In this document: in pieces, positions 9,380 to 19,445 of the stretch | How positions within the stretch are numbered: the stretch's first letter is position 1 | How the letters are laid out: the number at the start of each line of letters is the position of its first letter | Origin: an uncultured Candidatus Entotheonella sp. | GTDB taxonomy: Bacteria > Tectomicrobia > Entotheonellia > Entotheonellales > Entotheonellaceae | Direction: 5' to 3' | Length of the DNA: 64,000 nucleotides | Assembly (NCBI GenBank): GCA_965217185.1 | Contig: OZ244252.1 | Coordinates: 2,176,001-2,240,000 of the forward strand | Made by a program: the position numbers and the translations under genes | The notes under the pieces: model-generated | Database searches by the model: none | The model's input: only the letters and a program-made list of their open reading frames with translations | Told to the model about the DNA's origin: nothing

Positions 9380-10228
9380 TCAGGATTTGCCCGCCTGGAG
9401 AAAGCGCCGTAACTCCGACTCGTCCATGGCGTAGCTATGTGCCCCTACCGGAAATTCTCCCGCTTCCACCTCACACCTGAATGCTTTCAAGGCTTGCAGC
9501 ATTGGCTCGCGCAACTGGGCGAACTGCTTGACGAATTTGGGCACGAAGTCGTCGAAGAGCCCCAGGACGTCGTGGAACACCAGCACCTGCCCGGCGCAGC
9601 CCGCGCCGGCGCCGATGCCGATCGTGGGGATAGCCAAACTCTCGGTTACCGCCTGCGCCACGGCGGCCGGAACGGCTTCCAGCACGACGGCGAAACAACC
9701 CGCCTCCTGAAGGGCAAGGGCATCGTCGCGCAGCTTCAGCGCTGCCTCGGCGGTGGTCGCCTGCACCTTGTAGCCGCCCAGCTTGGTGGCCGTTTGCGGC
9801 GCCAGGCCCACGTGGCCCATCACCGGCACCCCGGCTGAGACGATGGCCCGCACGGTTTCCGACACCTCGCCGCCGCCCTCCAGCTTCACCGCGTCCATGT
9901 GCGCTTCCTTCATGTAGCGCCCAGCGTTACGGACTGCCTCTCGCCGGCTGACCTGGTAGGACATGAACGGCATATCGCCCACCAGCAAGGCGCGCGAAGC
10001 CCCGCGAGCCACGGCCTTGCAGTGATGCAGCATGTCGTCCACCGTCACCGACACCGTGTCGCGGTGACCCAGCACGGTCATGGCCAGCGTGTCGCCCACC
10101 AGAATGGCGTCCACACCGGCCTCGTCGACCAGCTTGGCCGCCGGGTAGTCGTAGGCGGTGAGCATGGTAATCGGCTGACCCTTGTCCCGTTTGCGCCGGA
10201 GGTCGTGGAGGGAAACTTTTCGTGGCAT
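9380..10228 (-). CDS. panB: 3-methyl-2-oxobutanoate hydroxymethyltransferase
   Basis: ITMLTAYD, ILVGD, DMPFMSY, VKLEGG, PVMGHVGL.PQ, PTIGIGAG, GQVLV.HD motifs. Confidence 0.97.
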   Translation of the reverse strand: MPRKVSLHDLRRKRDKGQPITMLTAYDYPAAKLVDEAGVDAILVGDTLAMTVLGHRDTVSVTVDDMLHHCKAVARGASRALLVGDMPFMSYQVSRREAVRNAGRYMKEAHMDAVKLEGGGEVSETVRAIVSAGVPVMGHVGLAPQTATKLGGYKVQATTAEAALKLRDDALALQEAGCFAVVLEAVPAAVAQAVTESLAIPTIGIGAGAGCAGQVLVFHDVLGLFDDFVPKFVKQFAQLREPMLQALKAFRCEVEAGEFPVGAHSYAMDESELRRFLQAGKS

Positions 10229-10251
10229 GTGATGGCACCTTGAAGGCTGGT

Positions 10252-10656
10252 TTATGGTGACGGTTGCTCGGGCGCATCCAAGGCGCCAGACTCACCCGTG
10301 CTCCGTTCGAGCAGGGTTTCTATCAAGGTTTCCACCCGCGTCAGGCGCTCGCCAAACCTCCTGAACCCCTCGTCCACATCCTCGCGAACGGCCGCAATGC
10401 TCGTTTCCATTCGATCCATACGAACATCCATCCGGTCTAGGCGCTCGTCCATCCGGTCTAAGCGCCCATTGATCCCATCAAGACGCCCGTTGATTCCCTG
10501 GATGTCCGCTCGCAGGGGTGCGATCGTGCTTGACACGACCCACTGCATGCCGCCTACCACACCGCCGGCAACGACCACAGCGAGGCTTGCCATCGTCAGC
10601 CATTCCTTGAACTTCGCCATGTTCACGGTTCGACCTGACTCAGCCTGTGCGACCAT
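10252..10656 (-). CDS. Small membrane-anchored coiled-coil protein
   Basis: One hydrophobic helix followed by heptads INGRLDG/INGRLDR/MDERLDR/MDVRMDR; ends ERLTRVETLI. Confidence 0.7.
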   Translation of the reverse strand: MVAQAESGRTVNMAKFKEWLTMASLAVVVAGGVVGGMQWVVSSTIAPLRADIQGINGRLDGINGRLDRMDERLDRMDVRMDRMETSIAAVREDVDEGFRRFGERLTRVETLIETLLERSTGESGALDAPEQPSP

Positions 10657-10663
10657 CTCTTTA

Positions 10664-11903
10664 GGGCATCTCTAATAATACCCATCTCCCACGTGGTTTA
10701 GAATCACTGAAACACGTCAACCAACAAGGCCGGAGGAGTGCAACATGGCTCAGATGGGCTTTTTCGATATCGAGAATCGCTACGCCGCTCTGGACGCCAA
10801 AAACGATCCCCTGGTGAAGGTCAACGCTGCCGTTCCGTGGGAAGCGTTCCGCAGCCGCCTGGAGAGAGTCTGGCGCAAGCCAGCCGACAAGCGCAAGTCC
10901 AATGCGGGGTGCAAGCCGTGGGATGCCATCGTCATGTTCAAGGCCATCATTTTGTGCGCCCTCCTTTGTGCGCTTCTTGGGCTTGACACTCGAAGACAAG
11001 GTGCCCGATGCCAAGACGGTGTGGCTCTACCGCGAACAGTTGTCACAGGCCGGCCTCATCGATGCCTTGTTCGAGGATTTCGACGGCTACCTGAAAAGCC
11101 AGGGCTACCAGGCGATGGGTGGCCAGATCATCGATGCTTCGATTGTCGCGGTTCCCATGCAACGCAATCGTCGTGACGACAATGAGCAGATCAAACGGGG
11201 TGAGACACCTGAGGCCTGGGCTGACAAGCCAGCCAAGCGTCGACAAAAGGACAGGGATGCGCGCTGGACGAAGAAGCACGGCAAGAGCCACTATGGCTAC
11301 AAGAATCACGTCACCATCGACCGTCGGCACAAGCTGATACGGCGTTACCGGGTGACGGATGCGGCGGTGCACGACAGCCAAGTGATTGAGGAGTTGCTTA
11401 CGTCGGACAACACGGCAAGCGGTGTCTGGGCGGACAGCGCCTAGCGGTCGAAAGCCATTGAAGCGACGCTGAAGGCCAGGGGTTTGAGGAGTCGGATTCA
11501 TCGCAAGGGCTATCGCAACCGTCCGTTGCGTGATTGGGAGAAGGCGGGCAACCAGAGTCGTTCACGGTTTCGGGTACGGGTAGAGCATGTCTTCGGGGCG
11601 CAGCAAAACGACATGGGCGGGACGTTGGTTCGCAGCATCGGGCTCGTACGGGCGCGAGGGCGCGGATAGGTCTTAAGAACCTTGCCTACAACATGCGTCG
11701 CCTGATTCAATTACAACGCCTTGCGAGCGCCAGTTGAGCGCCAACGGTGCGGAAGGGTGCACCGGAGGCCCTCATTGGAAGGCGAATCCTCCTTGCAGGG
11801 AGGCAGTCCCCCTGGACAGCCGAGTTCATTTTCTCACCGACATGCCAGCGAATTGCCACTCTCGCCATCTATGACTATCCACGAGGCATTTTTCGAGATG
11901 CCC
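10664..11903 (+). mobile_element. IS5-family insertion sequence, defective copy 1
   Basis: Terminal IRs GGGCATCTC.AA.AAT; 4-bp target duplication TTTA (10660-63 / 11904-07); transposase motifs IIDASIV, DRDARWTKK, YGYKNH; 50-bp internal deletion and premature TAG. Confidence 0.93.
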
Positions 11904-12210
11904 TTTACTCCGAGATGGCGGCCCAATAGGGTCAAGATGCAATTTGGTGTTTTTGTCTGTAATCGTCCATGGGCCGGACTCTCTCATAATGACGCCATGC
12001 TTTGTACCCCATACCCCCTCCCTTGTCCAGACGGCGAGCCCGCTGCGCAAGCCGCGCCGCTACCTTGACATCAAAACACCGATAGCTTAATAGGTGGGGC
12101 TTTCACGACGCATCCGAACGCGGTGGCGTGCACACCGCAAGATAGCCCACAGGCAGCAACCGGCCGACAGCAGGGAGGTCCATCGCTGCCCAGTCGGGAG
12201 GAAAGGAACG

Positions 12211-13827
12211 ATGAGAGACGTACCCGAGATACATGCACCAGGGGTCGAGTTGAGTCGGCGGGAATTTGTAGCCGGCGCCGGTGGCGCCGTGGTTGGTCTA
12301 TCGGCTCTGGGTCTGCCCGCCGTTAGCGCCGAAGCGGCTACGCCGCAGCATGGGGGCTCGGTCAAGATCGGTTTGCGGAGCGACGTCAGCCGCCTCGACC
12401 CGCATCCCCTTTTTCCCCCTTACCCTACGTCCAACGCTGTGGCGCTGCTCTACAACGGCATCACCGAGGTGGACGCCGACGCCAACATCGTCCCCGCTCT
12501 GGCGCATGCCTGGGAGGTTTCCGAGGACGGCCTGACGTGGACCTGGCACATCCGCAAGGACGTGACTTTTCACAACGGCCGCTCGATGACCGGGGCCGAC
12601 ATCAAGGCCAACATCGAGCGGATACTCAACCCCAGGACCGGGGCGATCATTCGCGGCGAACTGGACATCATCGACCGACTGGACATGCTCGACGACTACA
12701 CCCTGCGCATGACCCTGAAGTACAAGTACTATCCTCTCCCCTCCGTTCTGTCCAACCGCTGGCTGCCGATTCTCGACCCGGAAACCTTTGACACCGCCAA
12801 GAAACTTCCCGTCGGCACCGGGCCGTTCAAGCTCGTCTCCTGGAAACGCCTGCACACCACCGAGATGGTCCGGCACGAGGGGTATTGGGAAAAGGACGCC
12901 GACGGCAAGGCTTTGCCCTACCTCGATGAGCTTATCGGCAAGCCCTTGGCCGACGACACGGTGCGCCTCACTGCCCTGCGCACCGGCGAAGTGGACGTGG
13001 TCGACGCGGTCAGCTACCGCGACTTGTCGCGCTTCATGGAGGAGTGGACCGAGCAGTTCGACACCTATCTGATCAAGGCCATCGGCACCACCTGGTACTG
13101 CTTCAATACCCAGAATCCGCCCTTCGACGACGTGCGGGTGCGCCGCGCCGCCGCCCTGGCGCTGGACAAACAGGCCATCCTGGACAAGACCCTGTTTGGG
13201 CATGGCGAGATCATGAACCAGTACTACCCGCAAGCCTCGCCGTGGCATCTGCCGGGCACAACAACGCGCGAGCAAGACGTCGAGGAGGCCAAGCGCCTGC
13301 TCGAAGAGGCGGGCGTCAAGCCGGGCACGCCTCTCACCTTGGTCACCTACGCGCGGTACAACTACGTCAAAGAGTCCAGCCAGATTTTTCAGCAGGACCT
13401 GCGCAAGCTCGGTTTCTCCGTGGACCTGAAAGTCCTGGACGCTGGCCCCCTGCGTACGGCCCTGTCCGGCCGCCGGTTCCACATTTCCGGCCTCGGCACC
13501 GAACACCGCATGGACCCGCACGAGTACTATTTCAGGGAATTGAGCTCCAAGAGCCCGATACAGAAACGGTTCTACAGCGCCTGGGTGAACCCGGACTATG
13601 ACAAGCTGATCTACGAAGCCCGGCGCACCGCCAACCGGGAGGCGCGCATGCAACTCTACGCCGAGGCCGAAAAACTCATCCAGGCGGACGTGCCCACCGT
13701 GCGCGTGATCAGCGCCCACACCCTGTCTGCCTGGCGGAACGGGCTGCAGGGCTACAGCCCGAACGTCGCCGGCAACATGACCTACAACCACGGGGGGCTG
13801 CGCACTGCTTGGCTCAAAACCGGCTAA
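12211..13827 (+). CDS. ABC transporter substrate-binding protein, family 5 (peptide/nickel), Tat-exported
   Basis: SRREFV Tat motif; LAHAWEVSEDGLTWTWHIRKDVTFHNG and PVGTGPFK. Confidence 0.9.
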   Translation: MRDVPEIHAPGVELSRREFVAGAGGAVVGLSALGLPAVSAEAATPQHGGSVKIGLRSDVSRLDPHPLFPPYPTSNAVALLYNGITEVDADANIVPALAHAWEVSEDGLTWTWHIRKDVTFHNGRSMTGADIKANIERILNPRTGAIIRGELDIIDRLDMLDDYTLRMTLKYKYYPLPSVLSNRWLPILDPETFDTAKKLPVGTGPFKLVSWKRLHTTEMVRHEGYWEKDADGKALPYLDELIGKPLADDTVRLTALRTGEVDVVDAVSYRDLSRFMEEWTEQFDTYLIKAIGTTWYCFNTQNPPFDDVRVRRAAALALDKQAILDKTLFGHGEIMNQYYPQASPWHLPGTTTREQDVEEAKRLLEEAGVKPGTPLTLVTYARYNYVKESSQIFQQDLRKLGFSVDLKVLDAGPLRTALSGRRFHISGLGTEHRMDPHEYYFRELSSKSPIQKRFYSAWVNPDYDKLIYEARRTANREARMQLYAEAEKLIQADVPTVRVISAHTLSAWRNGLQGYSPNVAGNMTYNHGGLRTAWLKTG

Positions 13828-13869
13828 GCCATTTTTCGGCTCTGGATGAACCATTCAGGACCCCCCAAA

Positions 13870-13941
13870 CGTCATTCCGGGCTTGACCCGGAATCCGGGG
13901 GTTTGCGGCAACAGTGGATTCCCGCGAAAGCGGGAATGACG
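13870..13941. repeat. REP-like composite palindrome
   Basis: Terminal IR CGTCATTCC...GGAATGACG enclosing hairpins ttccggg-cttga-cccggaa and attcccgc-gaaa-gcgggaat. Confidence 0.8.
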
Positions 13942-14034
13942 AACGATGCCCCTTGACTCTCAACCCATTCCATCAAACCAATGCGCCGCTGCCACCCTGC
14001 ACGCTAGTGGGATTGACCGAAGAGGAGAAGCTTG

Positions 14035-15654
14035 ATGAAAGACCTGTCCGAGCTACACGTACCAGGAACCGAGTTGAGTCGGCGTGAATTCGTGGCCGGC
14101 GCCGGCGGCGCCGTGGTCGGGATGTCGGCCCTGGGCCTGCCGGCCGGCAGCGCCGAGGCGGCCACGCCGAACTATGGGGGCTCAATCAAGATCGGCTTGC
14201 GGAGCGACATCAGCCGCCTCGACCCGCACCCTCTCTTTCCGCCGTATCCCACGTCCAACGCCATGGCGCTGCTGTACAACGGCCTGACCGAGGCGGACGC
14301 CAACACCAACATCGTCCCCGCCCTGGCGCACGCCTGGGAAACCTCCAAGGACGGCCTGACGTGGACCTGGCACATCCGCAAGGACGTCACCTTTCACAAC
14401 GGTCGCCCGATGACGGGCGCCGACGTCAAGGCCAACATCGAACGGGTGCTCACCCCCAAGGTCGGCTCCGTCATTCGCGGCGAGCTGGAAATCATCGATC
14501 GTATGGACATGCTTGATGACTACACCCTGCGCATGACCCTGAAGGACAAGTACTACCCGCTGCCGGCGATGCTGACCAACCGCTGGCTGCCGATCCTCGA
14601 CCCACAAACCTTCGAGACCGCCAAGGAGCACCCCATCGCCACCGGGCCATTCAAATACGTCTCCTGGAAGCGCCTGCACACCACCGTCATGGCCCGTCAC
14701 GAGGGGTACTGGGAACGGGACGCCGACGGCAACGCCCTGCCGTACCTCGATGAGATCATCGGCAAGCCGCTGGCCGACGACACCGTGCGCCTCACCGCTC
14801 TGCGCACCGGCGAGGTGGACATGATCGACGCCGTCAGCTACCGCGACCAGACCCGCTTCATGCAGGAATGGACCGACCAGTTCGACACCTATCTGATCAA
14901 AGCCCTCGGCACCATCTGGTATTACTTCAACGCCGAAAAGCCGCCTTTCAACGACGTGCGGGTACGCCAGGCTGCCGCCCTGGCGCTGGACAAGCGCGCC
15001 ATTCTGAACAAGACCCTCTTCGGGCACGGCGAAATCATGCACCAGTACTACCCGCAAGCCTCGCCGTGGCGCCTGTCGGGCACCTCGCCGTGGGAGCACG
15101 ACGTCGACAAGGCCAAGCAACTGCTCAAGGAGGCGGGTGTCAAGCCGGGCACCAAGCTCACCCTGGTCACCTTCGCACGCTACAACTACATCAAGGAGGG
15201 CGCCCAGATTTTCCAGCAGAACCTGCGTCAGCTGGGCTTGTTCGTGGACCTGAAAATCCTCGACGCCGGCCCCATGCGCGTCGCCCTGAAAAGCCGTGAG
15301 TTCGACATCTTCGGCCTGGGCAGCGAGCACCGCATGGACCCGCACGAGTACTACTTCAAGGAACTGAGCTCCAAGAGCCCGGTGCACAACCAGTTCTACA
15401 GCGGCTGGGTGAACCCGGACTACGACGCGTTGATCGATGAAGCGCGGCGCACCGCTGATCGGGAGGCCCGCAAGGAGCTATACGCTAGGGCCGAAGGGCT
15501 CATCCAGGCGGAAGTCCCCAAGGTTCGCTCGATCTGTGCCCACAACCTGTCCGCTTGGCAAAACGGCTTGCAGGGCTACAGCCCGAACGTCGCCGGCAAC
15601 CTCACCTACAACCACGGCGGCTTCCGCACCGCGTGGCTGAAGAACAGCGGCTAG
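14035..15654 (+). CDS. ABC transporter substrate-binding protein, family 5, tandem paralog of 12211-13827
   Basis: Colinear and highly similar to the upstream gene; same Tat signal. Confidence 0.9.
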   Translation: MKDLSELHVPGTELSRREFVAGAGGAVVGMSALGLPAGSAEAATPNYGGSIKIGLRSDISRLDPHPLFPPYPTSNAMALLYNGLTEADANTNIVPALAHAWETSKDGLTWTWHIRKDVTFHNGRPMTGADVKANIERVLTPKVGSVIRGELEIIDRMDMLDDYTLRMTLKDKYYPLPAMLTNRWLPILDPQTFETAKEHPIATGPFKYVSWKRLHTTVMARHEGYWERDADGNALPYLDEIIGKPLADDTVRLTALRTGEVDMIDAVSYRDQTRFMQEWTDQFDTYLIKALGTIWYYFNAEKPPFNDVRVRQAAALALDKRAILNKTLFGHGEIMHQYYPQASPWRLSGTSPWEHDVDKAKQLLKEAGVKPGTKLTLVTFARYNYIKEGAQIFQQNLRQLGLFVDLKILDAGPMRVALKSREFDIFGLGSEHRMDPHEYYFKELSSKSPVHNQFYSGWVNPDYDALIDEARRTADREARKELYARAEGLIQAEVPKVRSICAHNLSAWQNGLQGYSPNVAGNLTYNHGGFRTAWLKNSG

Positions 15655-15703
15655 GAGAGGGCGAAGGGTTTTTCTGGTTTCCGTTCAGAATAAGGGCTTC
15701 AAC

Positions 15704-15904
15704 ATGGGCGAGTTAACCACCGCTGAGACCATTGCCGCATGGCGAGTCGCGGTGACGGCCGGTATCGGCCTGCTGCAAGGTGCCCTGATATGGGTGGGCC
15801 TGAGGCAAATGCGGATAGCAAGCGCGGCACGTGACCGGCAACTGGACAACCAGGAGGTGGCCGCGGCGGACCGCCTGACGCTGGCGCGTACCCGAACGGC
15901 GTGA
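15704..15904 (+). CDS. Small hypothetical membrane protein
   Basis: 66-aa ORF with one hydrophobic helix, filling the gap before the permease. Confidence 0.4.
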   Translation: MGELTTAETIAAWRVAVTAGIGLLQGALIWVGLRQMRIASAARDRQLDNQEVAAADRLTLARTRTA

Positions 15905-15918
15905 GGAGCGCCACACGC

Positions 15919-17103
15919 ATGCCAACCCGCGTCTTGCGGCTTTCCGAGGCCATTGGCCGGCGTTTGCGGCGCCGGGAGGCGAGAGAGCAGCTTATCGGGT
16001 ACCTGTTCACGGCGCCCGCGGTGGCGGTTATCGCCCTATTCGGCCTGTTCCCGCTGGGTTACGCCTTCTACATGAGCTTTTTCGCGTGGCGGGTGCGTCA
16101 GGGGCCTTTCCGGGGTCTGCGCAACTACGGCAAGGCGCTGGGGGAACCGCAGGGGATTCTCCTCTTTGCCGGCGCCATCGCCCTGCTGGTGCTGGCCGTG
16201 TGGGTGTGGCGACGGGCCTATCGGGCCGCCGCCGGGCGCCGGCTGCCCGGCTTGCTGGCCGCCGTAGCGTTGTTGGTGGCGGCCGGTGTGGCAGCGGTTA
16301 CGGGCTGGGGCCGTATGCTGGAAACGGGCGACGTGAGATTCCTCAACGCCCTGCCCGTCACCGTCTACTACGCCCTCGGCAGCATCCCCTTACAGCTCGC
16401 CATCGCCCTGGCGTTGGCCTGCGTGCTGTTCCAGAACCTGCGCGGCAGCGCCTTCTTCCGCATGGTCTTTTTCCTGCCGTACGTCATGCCGACCGTCGCC
16501 ACCGCCACCGTCTTCCGCAGCATTTTCAGCTCGCGCGACACGTCGATGGCCAATCAGTTTCTGGCCCTGTTCGGCCTCGAACCTCAGCTGTGGCTAGCCG
16601 AATCCCGGCCAATCCTCGAAATCCTCTTCGGCTGGCAACTAGGGGGGGCGGGACAAGGCTTGCCAGCCATGGGCGGCCCCAGCCTGGCCCTGGTATCCAT
16701 CATCCTCTTCGGCGTCTGGACCTTCGTGGGCTACAACGTCGTCATCTTCCTCGCCGGCCTCGGCTCCATCTCGGGCGAGCTGTACGAAGCCGCCGAGCTC
16801 GACGGTGCCAACCGCTGGGACGTGTTCCGCCACATCACCTTTCCGCTGCTGTCGCCGGTCACCTTTTACCTGGCGCTCATCGACTTCATCGGCGCTCTCA
16901 AAGCCTTCAATCACATCTTCGTGATGCGCTCGCCGCTGGCGCAGGGCACGGTCAACACCGCCAGCATGGTTATTTTCGACACGTTTTATCTGGCCAACCA
17001 GTACGGCTATGCGGCGGCGCAGGTCGTCCTGCTGTTCCTGATGATCCTCGGCGTCACGTACGCGCAGAACCGCGTTTTCGGAAGGAGCGTAATCTATGAC
17101 TGA
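15919..17103 (+). CDS. Carbohydrate ABC transporter permease
   Basis: Multiple TM helices; ELYEAAELDGA EAA loop; FRHITFPLLSP. Confidence 0.92.
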   Translation: MPTRVLRLSEAIGRRLRRREAREQLIGYLFTAPAVAVIALFGLFPLGYAFYMSFFAWRVRQGPFRGLRNYGKALGEPQGILLFAGAIALLVLAVWVWRRAYRAAAGRRLPGLLAAVALLVAAGVAAVTGWGRMLETGDVRFLNALPVTVYYALGSIPLQLAIALALACVLFQNLRGSAFFRMVFFLPYVMPTVATATVFRSIFSSRDTSMANQFLALFGLEPQLWLAESRPILEILFGWQLGGAGQGLPAMGGPSLALVSIILFGVWTFVGYNVVIFLAGLGSISGELYEAAELDGANRWDVFRHITFPLLSPVTFYLALIDFIGALKAFNHIFVMRSPLAQGTVNTASMVIFDTFYLANQYGYAAAQVVLLFLMILGVTYAQNRVFGRSVIYD

Positions 17104-17977
17104 GAGCGCCGTGCAAAGACAGGCCGTCCTGCAGCCTAAAACGACGCTGCACGTCGGGCGTCTTAGCCTGTACCTCGTCCTTGTATTGGGGGCCGTGGTG
17201 GTGGCGCTGCCGTTTTGCTGGATGGTCTCCACCTCGCTGATGACCCTGGGCGAGACGATCAACCGGCAATGGCTGCCCGGCACGCCGCGCTGGCAGAACT
17301 ACCAGACGGCCTGGACGGAAGCGCGCTTCGCCGTCTATTTCCTGAACAGCGTGATCATCACGGTTACCTCGCTCGCCGGGCTGTTGACGACCTCCATCCT
17401 CGCCGCCTACGCCTTCGCGCGCCTGCAATTCGCCGGCCGCGAGATTATTTTCTTCGGCCTGCTGAGCACCATGATGATCCCCGAGGCCATGACCCTGTTG
17501 CCCAGTTTTCTGATCATCCGCGGCGACGTGATTCCCCTGCCGGGCGGCTCGTGGCTGAACACCCTGCAAGGGCTGACGGTGCCGTTCATGGCCAGCGCCT
17601 TCAGCATTTTCCTGCTGCGGCAGTTCTTCCGGCGCCTGCCGGTGGAACTGTGGGACGCCGCCTGCATTGACGGCTGCGGCCACCTGCGCTTTCTCACCAC
17701 CGTGGCGCTGCCGCTCAGCAAGGCGCCGCTGCTGACAGTATCGCTGTTCGGCTTCATCGCCTCGTGGGACGCCCTGCTGTGGCCGCTGCTCGTCACCACG
17801 CGCGAAACCTGGCGCCCCCTCATGGTGGGCCTGTGGTCCCTGGTCACTGAAGCGGGCCCGGAAACCCAGCTCTTCATGGCCGGGGCCACCATCACCCTGC
17901 TGCCCATCCTCGTGATCTACTTCCTGGTGCAACGACATTTCACCGAGGGCATTATGACTTCGGGCCTCAAGGGATGA
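17096..17977 (+). CDS. Carbohydrate ABC transporter permease
   Basis: YFLNSVII, AAYAFARL.F.GR, FLLRQFF, ELWDAACIDG, EGIMTSGLKG. Confidence 0.92.
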   Translation: MTESAVQRQAVLQPKTTLHVGRLSLYLVLVLGAVVVALPFCWMVSTSLMTLGETINRQWLPGTPRWQNYQTAWTEARFAVYFLNSVIITVTSLAGLLTTSILAAYAFARLQFAGREIIFFGLLSTMMIPEAMTLLPSFLIIRGDVIPLPGGSWLNTLQGLTVPFMASAFSIFLLRQFFRRLPVELWDAACIDGCGHLRFLTTVALPLSKAPLLTVSLFGFIASWDALLWPLLVTTRETWRPLMVGLWSLVTEAGPETQLFMAGATITLLPILVIYFLVQRHFTEGIMTSGLKG

Positions 17978-17982
17978 AAAGG

Positions 17983-18056
17983 CAGTGGCCAGTGGTCAGT
18001 GACCACTGGCCAGCAAAGGCAAGAACCGGCCGCTGGCCACTGGCCACCGGCCACTG
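17983..18056. repeat. Intergenic inverted heptamer-array hairpin
   Basis: CAGTGGC-like x4 plus 4 nt, 10-nt loop, then the inverted array. Confidence 0.85.
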
Positions 18057-18078
18057 ATTTTGAGGAGTGCCGAACCCC

Positions 18079-19428
18079 ATGCTATACCGTATCGTACTGT
18101 CCCTGACAGCCGCCATTGCGCTCGCTTTCATCCTTCTCGCTGCGCCGGCCGGCGCGCAATCCGACCCCTGGGTTGCGGTCGATCCGAGCAACCAGGACCT
18201 GGTGTTCTGGCACAACCACACCCGCAACCGCCAGGATGCCCTGCAGGCTATCGTGCAGACTTTTAACGAAAGCAATCCATACGGCATCACCATCACCCAG
18301 GAAACCCAGGGCACCTACGCCGACATCTTTCGGAAAATGCTGGGCCTGCTCGGCACACCGGAGGTCCCCGACCTTGTGGTGGCCTACCAGAACCAGGCGG
18401 CCACCTACCAACTGCGCGACGCCCTCGTCGACATGACCTCGCTGATGCAAAGCCCGAAGTGGGGGCTGTCGGCGGAGGAACAGGCCGACTTCTTCCCCGC
18501 CTTTTTCCGGCAGGACATCTTCCCCCTCTTCGACAACGCCCGCTTGGGCTTGGCGCCGAACCGCTCGATGGAAGTCCTCTACTACAACCGCGACTGGCTG
18601 GCAGAACTCGGCTACGACGAGCCGCCGAGCACGCCGGAGGCGTTCAAGGCGGTGGCGTGCAAAGCCGCCCAAACGCCGTTCAGAAAGGCCGACGGCAGCA
18701 GCACGATGGGCTATCAGCTCAGCCTCGACGCCTCGCGCCTGGCAAGCTGGACTTTTGCCTTCGGCGGCGACATTTTCGATTACGAAACACGCCTGTACAG
18801 CTATGACAGCGACGGTGCCCAACAAGCCATGGCGTTCCTGCAGGGCCTGTACGCCGAGGGCTGCGCGCGGCCGGTCAGCGAACGCGGCGGCGCCCTGGCC
18901 GACTTCAGCACCGGGCGCCTGCTGTTCACCTCGGCGTCCAGTTCTGGCCTGCCGTTCTTCAAGGCAGCCGTCGACGCCGGCGCCAAGTTCGACTGGGGTG
19001 TCGCGCCGCTGCCGCACACCACGCCGACGCCTGTCATGAACATCTACGGCGCCAGCGTCAGCATGCCCAAGAGCACACCGGAGCGCGAGTTGGCAACGTG
19101 GCTGTTCATCAGGTATTTCACCAGCCCGGAAGTGCAGGCGGGGTGGGGACAGGCGGCCAATTACTTCCCGGTGCGGCAGAGCGCCGCGCAGCGCCTGGAC
19201 GACTACTTCCAGCGCCACGGCGCCTACAAGACCGCTTTTGACCTGCTGCAGTACGGCCGCCACGAGCCGCCGGTGCCGGGCTACGACTTCGTGCGCGCCA
19301 TGGCCGAGGAAGCCCTGGCCGCCATTTTCGCGCAGGGCCGCGAGGTGGAAAAGACGCTGGCCAGGCTGAATCGGGATGCCAACGTCAGCCTCCAGGAGCA
19401 GTTGGAGTATCTGCCGTCAGCCGAGTGA
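18079..19428 (+). CDS. Carbohydrate / glycerol-3-phosphate-type ABC substrate-binding protein
   Basis: Signal peptide, FWH motif, NRSMEVLYYN, WLFIRYFTSPEVQA.W...NYFPVR. Confidence 0.88.
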   Translation: MLYRIVLSLTAAIALAFILLAAPAGAQSDPWVAVDPSNQDLVFWHNHTRNRQDALQAIVQTFNESNPYGITITQETQGTYADIFRKMLGLLGTPEVPDLVVAYQNQAATYQLRDALVDMTSLMQSPKWGLSAEEQADFFPAFFRQDIFPLFDNARLGLAPNRSMEVLYYNRDWLAELGYDEPPSTPEAFKAVACKAAQTPFRKADGSSTMGYQLSLDASRLASWTFAFGGDIFDYETRLYSYDSDGAQQAMAFLQGLYAEGCARPVSERGGALADFSTGRLLFTSASSSGLPFFKAAVDAGAKFDWGVAPLPHTTPTPVMNIYGASVSMPKSTPERELATWLFIRYFTSPEVQAGWGQAANYFPVRQSAAQRLDDYFQRHGAYKTAFDLLQYGRHEPPVPGYDFVRAMAEEALAAIFAQGREVEKTLARLNRDANVSLQEQLEYLPSAE

Positions 19429-19445
19429 GAGGCGTAGCGGGGAAG

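Noticed and set aside
11442..11444. Pyrrolysine or programmed read-through at the IS5 TAG
   Set aside because: It replaces an expected Tyr by a single base change, and a further frameshift lies downstream; a nonsense mutation is simpler
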